A stretch of 64,000 nucleotides of DNA from Pristiophorus japonicus. Its lineage: Eukaryota. Position 1 is the stretch's first letter. Each line of letters opens with the position of its first letter. Made by a program: the position numbers and the translations under genes. Of the stretch, positions 24,108 through 33,944 are shown piece by piece. The DNA is taken from contig NC_091992.1 in NCBI RefSeq assembly GCF_044704955.1, positions 128,092,001 to 128,156,000 on the forward strand. The letters are read 5' to 3'. The notes under the pieces are model-generated. The model had not been told where the DNA came from. It saw only the letters and a list, made by a program, of their open reading frames with translations, and did no database searches.

Positions 24108-24218
24108 TTATAATCGAACCATTTCGAGCTGAATCTGTAGGGCGTGCGCCCGTGTCTTTACCCACTTAAATATTACCCAAACTCCTATGACCAAGGCCAA
24201 AGCTATTCCTCCAAACAT
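24108..24218 (-). CDS. 36-aa single-pass membrane micro-ORF upstream of env
   Basis: Hand translation MFGGIALALVIGVWVIFKWVKTRAHALQIQLEMVRL*; shorter than any ORF in the supplied track. Confidence 0.45.
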   Translation of the reverse strand: MFGGIALALVIGVWVIFKWVKTRAHALQIQLEMVRL

Positions 24219-24329
24219 CGCTGTCTGCTTTACCGTTAGGTTGGGTTTGTGGACTACACCTACCCACCGTGGGGTACATTGGCTCTATTGCCAGAGGTGA
24301 CGGTGCTATGGCTGCGCACTGCACTATCC

Positions 24330-25984
24330 GTCTAGTCCCGTTATCTCTTCCAGCCTGTTTATCTTAGCTTTTAACTCTTCAATTTGTTTTATTGAATATC
24401 TATTTCTTTATTGTATCAGGCAAGTATTATTACATAAGCTAGTTCTGTTTTTATTTTTGTTTCCTCTGTTAGGTGAGTCTTTTTTTTCCTATTAAGAAAT
24501 CCAAATTAATAATGTTCAGTATAAAACGGCTGTCAATGGAAAGGGTTAACTCCTTTCCAGGTTTGTAAGAAGACCTGATGTCATTACGTGACTTCACGTA
24601 ATCATCTGAAAAAAAGTCTTTGTGCCTTCAAAACTGGCTTCGAAATTAGGAATCCGTTAAAAACAGCATAAATCATTAGAGTAAACTCCAATGTTTTCTT
24701 AACTTCTAATTCAAGTACTTGCCAAAGAAATTTTTTTTTTTTTTTATTGTTTTAAAACAAGACCACACATACAATAGCAATTTTGTTTACTGAAATTCAA
24801 TTCTGTTTTTTTTTATTTCTCTCTTTCTCCTCGTTATCTTCAAAACCCTCCTGCTTGTTTAGACTGTTCGGGACTTTTTTGATAAACACTGTCCATTTTG
24901 GAAATCTTTTCAAACTGCATTGAAACTTTTGAAAATTCGAATCCATGTAGAGTGTTTTTTACTTATTATTTTTTTTTTCTCTTCTAATTAAACCAATATC
25001 TTTTTCACAGCAAACATCAACTAGTATTTAGTAAGTTATGTCTTTTTCCATTTAGTCCGTTACATCTTTTTTTTTTCTTTCTTCAAATTAGGTTTTGTAT
25101 TTTACACGGAGGGTTCGTAACTCCATAAAGTTGTTAATTTAAAATCATGCTCCAGTTTCAAAGTCGTTACTAAAGCTTGCTGTTTTTTAACATTTTCCAA
25201 AAGTTCCTTTTACACCTTCGCAGATAGCTCGCCACTTGCCCAGGAGTTTGACCTGATCAGATTTAATTTAATCTTTTTCTTTTTTTTTTTAAATCCACCT
25301 CAGTATTTCCTGTGCCTTCTCTGAATATCTCAAAATCCCAATTCAAACTTTGTAATTTCAATCTTTATTTAAAACTTTTTTTTTTTAGAAGCTCTTTTTT
25401 TTTAAAGCATTCTTTATCTCATTCCGAGACTAAATTTATGTCTTTCAACCCAATCAATCATTGCATGTTTTCTTTCGGCAAGTAAGTGAGCATGTCAAAT
25501 AAATATTTTGCTCAACAAACCTATTCTTTATTTGTTTATTTTCCTAGCTCCGTAACTTATCATCCGAATAAATCCACACCTGCGTTTCTAACTTAAATGT
25601 CTTAAAACTTCCCACATACAGGACAACATTACAAAGGGTTTAAAAAAAGACTTTCACTCTGTTTCTAAAATAAACAGACACTTGCATTCCTCTTCCAACC
25701 AGGCTTTCGGAACATGAAAACATAAAAAAATCACACAGACACTTCTCACTCAACGATCAGACATTTACAACAGTCTCTCTTCTTGTTTTGGCCGTCTCTA
25801 TTTTTGGATCCATGACCTTTCAGGGAATTCGTAGTTTTATCTAAATAATTCCTCACATAACTAATTCCTGAGGATTCCACCCTGCTTTAATCATTTTTTC
25901 AATTAGCTTCTTTTGTTTTTCCGCCAGGTGGCGGGTAAGCGACCCTTCTGGTCCCCACTCGAGTTTACTTGTTTTCATGGCCAT
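24330..25984 (-). pseudogene. Decayed A-rich gag/accessory region of the ERV
   Basis: Short protein-like remnants (MAMKTSKLEWGPEGSLTRHLAEKQKKLIEKMIKAGWNPQELVM*; KELLENVKKQQALVTTLKLEHD; IKQIEELKAKINRLEEITGLDG*) are broken by many poly-A runs. No RT or integrase motifs seen. Confidence 0.55.
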
Positions 25985-26477
25985 TCCTGGGTAGGGCTAG
26001 TACCGTTAGGAATCTACTCTCAGAGGTCCACTTTCTTTCTAGCGCGACTTGTAGTAAACTGTCTCTTGGCTACTGTCAGGTCACAAGTTCTGCTGTTACA
26101 CAAACTTATACAATTCTTAAAAACGCGTTTAAGCAATTCCCGCAGTGCTCTACGTATCCTTAACGACTACCTACCACCGCTCAGCCCGTTGGTCCGACCC
26201 TGTTCACAGGTTTGGATTCCGTTAGCCGCTGTACACCGCTTGGTTCTACCCCGGGGTATTTCAAATTACACTACTGGGTCCGGAAGATGTCTCTCGGTAT
26301 CACGATCCCACGGTCTAAGTGTGTTCCCTACGCCTACTTGGTTCCTGGCCATCACGTGGGACAAAAGTCCTCTTAATTCAGGCTCAGGCTAGGCGTTTGA
26401 GATATTAGACCGTCTCCTCATGTCGATCAACCAGCTTCCACCTTCCGCACCCTTTATACTTAAAAATTGTTTTTTAT

Positions 26478-26486
26478 ACTCACCCG
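26478..26486 (-). promoter_or_regulatory. ERV major splice donor
   Basis: Minus strand CGG|GTGAGT, about 40 nt downstream of the PBS. Confidence 0.78.
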
Positions 26487-26520
26487 GGTTTTTTCCAAGG
26501 GCGTCCAGCGACTCCGGGAA

Positions 26521-26538
26521 ATCCCGTCGACTACGCCA
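26521..26538 (-). other. Primer-binding site complementary to tRNA-Ser
   Basis: TGGCGTAGTCGACGGGAT, 1 nt after the 5' LTR. The complement of the vertebrate tRNA-Ser 3' end is TGGCGTAGTCGGCAGGAT (16/18 match). Confidence 0.85.
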
Positions 26539-26539
26539 T

Positions 26540-27218
26540 TGTTAGCGTTAGTGTTTTCTTAGAAGAATCACTCAACACTCAGAGTCGGTTCCAATGCTGA
26601 AGCAGCTTTTATTACGCTCAGCGGGAAGGAAAAACTCAGGACCGTATCCAGGTTTCTCTTCACAGAACAAAGGTTTACATGTACCTTTATATGTTTCACA
26701 ACAGTTACAAAACAGTTTACTACAGTTACACAGCCCATCACGGCTGGACACAAGCCAATCACAACGATTATAGATTACATATAGGTTCTTTTAACCCAAT
26801 AGAATTCTCCTAGTATCCAGGGAACCATATGTTCGGTTATTGTCAGCTTGGGCTGATCGATGACTTTATAGGTTCTCTCCCTAGTTCTTTCATCTGGGAG
26901 AAATAATTGGTTTATAGCCTTGTTTACAGCAAATGGCTTCCCTCTTATCTTTCTTCCTGGGGAATTAATTGGTTTATGACCTTGCTCACAGGAGATGGTT
27001 TCCTTCTTATCTCTGTCTTCCCAGGCATTCCTACAGTGGGCCTCACAGGGTTATTGCTCGGTCAGTGAACGTTCAACAGTTCACAGCTTGACTACCTGGT
27101 TTCCCATCATGCCTGGGCAGCCATTTTATGTGTGTGTCCATTTAAGCTTATGTGAGTTTTAAATATCCAGCAGGTGCTAATGCCTAAGTCTATATATATC
27201 TTTCTACTCTCTACAACA
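26540..27218 (-). mobile_element. ERV 5' LTR (679 bp)
   Basis: Identical to 21167-21846 except one substitution (CAGGGTC/CAGAGTC) and one 1-bp indel (GTGCCTAA/GTGCTAA), by visual comparison. Confidence 0.95.
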
Positions 27219-29685
27219 CGTGCAATAAAGGTACAGCAGTTATCATGGGAGACTTTAATCTACATATAGATTGGGCTAACCAAACTGGTAGCAATACAGT
27301 GGAGGAGGATTTCCTGGAGTGTATTAGGGATGGTTTTCTAGACCAATATGTCGAGGAACCAACTAGAGGGCTGGCCATCTTAGACTGGGTGATGTGTAAT
27401 GAGAAAGGACTAATTAGCAATCTTGTTGTGCAAGGTGCCTTGGAGAAGAGTGACCATAATATGGTAGAATTCTTTATTAAGATGGAGAGGGACACAGTTA
27501 ATTCAGAGACTAGGATCCTAAACTTAAGGAGAGTTAACTTCGATGGTATGAGACGTGAATTGGCTAGAATAGACTGGCAAATGATACTTAAAGGGTTGAT
27601 GGTGGATAGGCAATGGCAAACATTTGAAGATCACATGGATGAACTTCAACAATACCTGTCTGGAGTAAAAAATAAAACGGGGAAGGTGGCTCAACCGTAG
27701 CTAAGAAGGGAAATTAAGGATAGTGTTAAATCCAAGGAAGAGACATATAAATTGGCCAGAAAAAGCAGCAAGCCTGAGGACTGGGAGAAATTTAGAATTC
27801 AGCAGAGGAGGACAAAGGATTTAATTAGGAGAGGGAAAATAGAGCATGAGAGGAAGTTGCCAGGAACATAAAAACTGACTGCAAAAGCTTCTATAGATAT
27901 GTGAAGAGAAAAAGATTAGTGAAGACAAACGTAGGCCCCTCGCAGTCAGATTTAGGTGAATTTATAATGCGGAACAAAGAAATGGCAGACCAGTTGAACA
28001 AATACTTTGGTTCTGTCTTCACGAAGGAAGACCCGAATAACCTTCCGGAAATACTTAGGGACCGAGGATCTAGTGGGAAGGAGGAACTGAAGGAAATCCT
28101 TATTAGGCGGGAAATTGTGTTAGGGAAATTGATGGGATTGAAGCCCGATAAATCCCCAGGGCCTGATAATTTGCATCCCAAAGTACTTAAGGAAGTGGCC
28201 CTAGAAATAGTGGATACATTGGTGATCATTTTCCAACAGTCTATCGACTCTAGATCAGTTCCTATGGACTGGAGGGTAGCTAATGTAACACCTTTTTTTT
28301 AAAAGGGAGGGAGAGAAAAAACGGGTAATTATCGACCGGTTAGCCCGACATCAGTAGTGGGGAAAATGTCGGAATCAATTATTAACGATGAAATAGCAGC
28401 GCATTTGGAAAGCAGTGACAGGATCGGTCCAAGTCAGCTTGACAAATCTTCTGGAATTTTTTGAGGATGTAACTAGTAGAGTGGACAAGGGAGAACCAGT
28501 GGATGTGGTGTATATGGACTTTCGAACGGCTTTTGACAAGGTCCCACACAAGAGATTGGTGTGCAAAATTAAAGCACATGGTATTGGGGTAATGTACTGA
28601 CATGGATAGAGAACTCGTTGGCAGACAGGAAGCAGAGTCGGGATAAATGGGTCCTTTTCAGAATGGCAGGCAGTGACTAGTGGGGTGCTGCAGGGCTCAG
28701 TGCTGGGACCCCAGCTATTTACAATATACATTAATGATTTAGATGAAGGAATTGAGTCTAATATCTCCAAGTTTGCAGATGACACTAAGCTGGGTGGAGG
28801 TGTGAGCTGTGAGGAGAACGCTAAGAGGCTGCAGGTGACTTGGGCAGGTTAGGTGAGTGGGCAGCTGCATGGCAGATGCAGTATAATGTGGATAAATGTG
28901 AGATTATCCACTTTGGTGGCAAAAACAGGAAGGCAGAATATTATCTGAATGGCGACAGATTAGGAAAAGGGGAGGTGCAACGAGACCTGGGTGTCATGGT
29001 ACATCAGTCATTGAAAGTTGGCATGCAGGTACAGCAGTGGTGAAGAAGGCAAATGGTATGTTGGCCTTCATAGCTAGGGGATTTGAGTATAGGAGCAGGG
29101 AGGTCTTACTGCAGTTGTACAAGGTCTTGGTGAGGCCTCACCTGGAATATTGTGTTCGGTTTTGTTCTCCTAATGTGAGGAAGGACGTTCTTACTATTGA
29201 GGGAGTGCAGCGAAGGTTCACCAGACTGATTCCCGGGATGGCAGGACTGACATAAGAGGAGAGACTGGATCGACTGGGCCTGTATTCATTGGAGTTTAGA
29301 AGGATGAGAGGGGATCTCATAGAAACATAAAATTCTGATGGGACTGGACAGGTTAGATGCAGGAAGAATGTTCCCGATGTTGGGAAAGTCCAGAACCAGA
29401 GGACACAGTCTAAGGATAAGGGGTAAGCCATTTAGGACTGCGATGAGGAGAAACTTCTTCACTCAGAGAGTTGTTAACCTGTGGAATTCCCTACTGCCGT
29501 GAGTTGTTCACTGGATATATTCAAGAGGGAGTTAGATATGGCCCTTACGGCTAAAGGAATCAAGGGGTATGGAGAGAAAGCAGGAAAGGGGTACTGAGGT
29601 GAATGATCAGCCATGATCTTATTGAATGGTGGTGCAGGCTCGAAGGGCCGAATGGCCTACTCCTGCACCTATTTTCTATGTTTCT
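27219..29685 (+). mobile_element. CR1 LINE ORF2 and tail, 3' part of the copy split by the ERV
   Basis: MGDFNLHIDW.., KSPGPD, FADDTKL and RPHLEYC motifs; TTCTATGTTTCTAT tail. Confidence 0.93.
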
Positions 29686-31665
29686 ATCCACCCTGTTCAT
29701 TACATCCTCAAAGAGTTCCAGCAAATTTGTCAAAGATGACTTCTCCTTCATAAATCCATGCTGACTCTGCCTGACTGCACTATGCTTTTCCAACTGTCCT
29801 GCTGCTGCTTCTTTAATAATGGACTCCAACATTTTCCCAGATGTTAGGTTAACTGGTCTATAGATTCCTGCTTTTTGTCTGCCTCCTTTTTTAAAAAGGG
29901 GCGTTACATTTGCAGTTTTCCAACCTGCTGGGACCTCCCCAGAATCCAGGGAATTTTGGTAAATTACAACCAATGCATCCTCTATCCCTGCCGCTACTTC
30001 TCTTAAGATCATAGGATGCAAACCATCAGGTCCAGGTGATTTATTCGACTTTAGTCCCATTATCTTACTGAGTACCACCTCCTTAGTGATTGTGATTGTG
30101 TTAAGTTCCTCCCCGCCTCCCCATAGCCCGCAGAGCACCTCGAGTCTCATCGCCGAGAGCATGCAGAAGCCAAGCGCAGGCAGTGGAAGGAGCTGGGGCA
30201 TTGAATAAATTTAAGACAGAAATAGACAGTTTCTTAAACAATAAAGGGTTATGGGGAGTGGGCAGAGAAGTGGAGCTGAGTCCATGATCAGATCAGCCAT
30301 GATCTTATTGAACGGCGGAGCAGGCTCTAGGGGCTGTTTGGCCTATTCCTGCTCCTATTTCTTATGTTCTTATGTAAAGATTGATACAAAATATGTGTTC
30401 AGAGTTTCTGCCATCTCCATGTTCCCCATTACTAATTCCCTGGTCTCATCCTCTAAGGGACCAACATTTACTTTAGCCACTCTTTATATACCTATAGAAA
30501 CTCATGCTATCTGTTTTTATATTTCGTGCTAGTTTACTTTCATAGTCTATCTTCCCTTTCTTAATCATTTTTTTGGTCATTCTTTGCTGGCTTTTAAAAG
30601 CTTCCAAATCTTCTGTCCTCTCACTAGTTTTGGCCACTTTGTATGCCCTTGTTTTTAATTGGATACCGTCCATTATTTCTTTAGTTCGCCACAGATGGCT
30701 ATCTTTTCTTTTACACCCTTTTCTCCTCACTGGAATATATTTTTCTTGAGAGTTGTGAAATATCTCCTTAAATGTACGCCACTGTTCATCAACCGTCCTA
30801 CACTTTAATCTATTTTCTCAGTCCACTTTAACCAACCCTGCCCTCATACCTTCATAGTCTCCTTTATTTAAGCTTAGTACGCTGGTTTGAGATCCAACTT
30901 TCTCACCCTCCATCTGAATTTGAAATTCAACCATGTTATGATCACTCATTCCAAGGGAATCCTTTACTAGGTGATTGTTTATTAGTCCCATTACACAGGA
31001 CCAGATCCAAGATAGCCTCAAGGAACCCGTCCCTTATACACTCTATGAACTCGTCCTCAAGGCTACCCCGACCAATTTAATTTGTCTGATCAATATGGAG
31101 GTTAAAATCACCCATGGTTATTGCTATTCCCTTTTTACAAGCCCCCACTATTTCCTGGTTTATACTCCGACCAACAGAGTTGCTACTATTAGGGGGACTA
31201 TAGATTACGCCCACCAATGACTTTTTCCCCTTATTATTCCTTATCTCCACCCAAACTGTTTCAACATCCTGATCATTTGAGCCAATATCGTTTCTCACTA
31301 TTGCAGTGATCCCATCCTTTATCAATAGAGCTCCTCCACCTCCTTTTCCTTTCTATCTGTCCTTCCGGATTGTCAAATACCCCTGAATATTTAATTCCCA
31401 GTCCTGGTCACCTTGCAACCACGTCTCTGTGATAGCTATCAGATCGCACCCATTTGTATCTATTTGTGCCGTCAACTCATCTATTTTGTTACAAATGCTA
31501 CAAGTGCATTTAGACAAAGTGCCTTTAAATTTGTTTCTTTACCCTTTTTTCCTGCTTGTTTCCTCTCTCCTTCAAACTCACTTTATTTGTTTTTGCTTTC
31601 TAATTCCAGCTTTACTCCCTTCCCTACTGAATCTATTTCCAGGTTCCCATCCCCCTGCCAACCTT
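29686..31665 (-). mobile_element. CR1 LINE carrying an internal opposite-strand RTE-fragment/CR1-tail insert (30128-30375)
   Basis: ORFs 31077..31325, 30818..31021, 30473..30730 and 29560..30201 are CR1-like. The insert matches 9475-9720. Confidence 0.85.
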
Positions 31666-33556
31666 CTATGATTTAGGAACCATGCTTGATAAATATCCCA
31701 TTGACACATGTCTTTGTTGGTGCAATTTTTGTGGGTGGACAATCTTCATCTCAAATGGTGCTAATTTATTATCCCAAAAAGAAGTTTAGGAAATTCTCGG
31801 TATAGTGCAATGTTAATGGCTGGTTACCCGATGCTGTGCTTGGGGAGCGCCCCATCTCGGGCAACAGGCGAGCAGTGTGGAATGAGGAGGTAGGAGCAAG
31901 TGCCAGCGATACCAGACTCTTGGTTTGGTGACCCACGGGGTTTTTTGATTGTTTTGAAACTGCACAGCAAGCAAGCACATACCAGATTATTTATTCTAAT
32001 TGATTTAAATGTTTCCCACAACAATTGCTGTTCCCTCAATGCTTTGTGTGCAATTTGCTGCTTTTAAAACAGGCGTTTCTTGATTCCAAGTTGTTCATAA
32101 GAAAAAGGGTTTTATTTTTATTTCACTTGGCATAGTGCTTTTTCTGCATTATTGATTCTGCTATAGGGTTTTTTCTTCTGTTTGCTGGTGGCTGTTTAAA
32201 ATACTGGACTCCTTTTGCACACACTCTAGGCACCGTATTATTTCTCCCACCAGCTGCCAATATCTGCTCCAACCAGACTGCTCATCATGAGCACTCCATT
32301 GGGCTGTTATGGAGGTGGAGGAAATGGAATTCCTGCTAGGGAAGAATGGAAGGTGTGCATCTTCTTCCCTGGTTCTTCCAGTGAGAATCCCCGATCTCCG
32401 TTCCCTTGTTCCCCATTGGCCCACCGGTGGAAACAATCTTTCACTGTTTATCCTGAGTAAAGTCCCCAGGTTTCACTTACTCCTTTACTGACTGCTGCTC
32501 TCTCGGTGCCGCCCCCACTCACCACATTGCTGCTGCTCCTGGCTCTGCAGTAAAATCCCCATCACCCACGCCATTGCCCAGTCACCCTCTCCACCACCTC
32601 CCCAGGCAGCAGGGGTGACATCAGCGAGCTGGGGGCTTCTCTGCAGTGGTGGGTGGTGATGCCATGAAAGCAAAAGGGAAAGCACTGCTGCGGCAGGGAA
32701 TTTAAAGCTAGCGGCAGCTCATGGGTGATGCACGCCCCATTCCAGGAGACTCCCGGGCAATTCTGGAGGGTTGGCAACGCTTGCAGTGACTCATCCTTCC
32801 TAGCAACCAAACAATTGGAGGACGGGTTTTTCAAAGGCCGATACAGAAAGTAATTTGCGTCTGTCACCATATGCCCTTACGCCTACAGAACCTGTGTGAG
32901 AGGGAGTAGGAAAATCATGAGTATCTCCTGCTGATTGCAGTACTTGATACTTCTTCTCAGTGGGCAGTGTAGTTTCTCCCACAGACAATGGTTAATTGTG
33001 AGTTTACATTAAATCTGGCCATTAACTGTATTTGAATCTGCAATATTCTTGGTGACACATTAATCATGTGATGCACTAATCTCATCTATTAGAAATCGGT
33101 ATTAGAATTCATCCTTGTTTGTGTTGGGAATAAAAGCTGTATTGTGTTGTGTTTCGGATTCTTGGCTCAAGTACTGCATTCTTACCTCAGAAAACAAGAG
33201 ATTTTAAATAAATATTTGCCATCTAGAAGAAAGATTCACCTTTATGTCTTGATGCCATAAAGACATAAATTTCTAAATAAACTATGACATTTCCAGTTAG
33301 TAAGACTACAGATACCTCAGTACAGTAGTTAATGATTTAAAGTTTAATGTTAATGTTATTGAATATTTATATTTTTAACATATGGTTTGGTTATTGCAGC
33401 AATGTCCCAGTCCTCTGCTCAGAATTTCTCTAAAATACATAACTAGAAATAAACACTAATACTGTATCCCAACTTTGGTTTCTGTGCAGGTACTACACAG
33501 TGAAAAAAATATTCTACAAGAAGAAGCTAATTTCTGTTTCTGTTCTTCTCTTACAG

Positions 33557-33865
33557 TTGCGACTATAAGTAATGTACAAATAATCTCTGATTCTGCAGAT
33601 GCAGAAAATGTTCAAGAGGGAAACACCATTACCCTGACTTGTTCAGCAAATATCGTGATACCTCTTGGCCTACCATCTCAGATTTTGTACATATTTTATA
33701 AAGGATCAAACAAAGGTTTCCTGTTGAAAAATGTCACGTCTACTAAGCAAGAATCCCAGTATACTATACAACCTGCTCGAGCATCACATTCCGGATACTA
33801 TTATTGTGTAGTGGTAGCAGGAAGTACAAGGGAAAAAAGTGAAACAACATATATAACAGTTACAG
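33557..33865 (+). CDS. Ig domain exon 1 (PECAM1 D1-like)
   Basis: TTACAG| ... |GTATT, 309 bp, phase 1-1. ATISNVQI..VQEGNTITLTCSAN..YIFYK..YTIQPARASHSGYYYCVV..ITVTG resembles human PECAM1 D1 (TINSV..VQNGKNLTLQC..LFYK..DSGTYKC..LVEG). Confidence 0.88.
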
Positions 33866-33944
33866 GTATTGTAAAATATGAAACATTTAGCAGCACAACA
33901 TGAGATATGGGACTAGTAACATGATTCTAACCAAAGTGTTCCCA

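Larger units (their letters stand above)
21167..27218 (-). mobile_element. Young endogenous retrovirus, env-only (no pol, decayed gag); lokiretrovirus-like
   Basis: Two near-identical LTRs with TG..CA termini; 4-bp TSD CGTG (21163-21166, 27219-27222) whose removal restores the CR1 sequence GATGCGTGCAATAAAGG; PBS, PPT, splice donor/acceptor and env ORF present. Confidence 0.93.

Noticed and set aside
25913-26392. 159-aa + strand ORF in the ERV leader as an antisense accessory gene
   Set aside because: It has a TTG start and no recognisable motif, and is antisense to a GC-balanced leader; likely chance.
32309-32491. Alternative first exon of the Ig gene
   Set aside because: The translation is not signal-peptide-like; 17681-17717 fits better.
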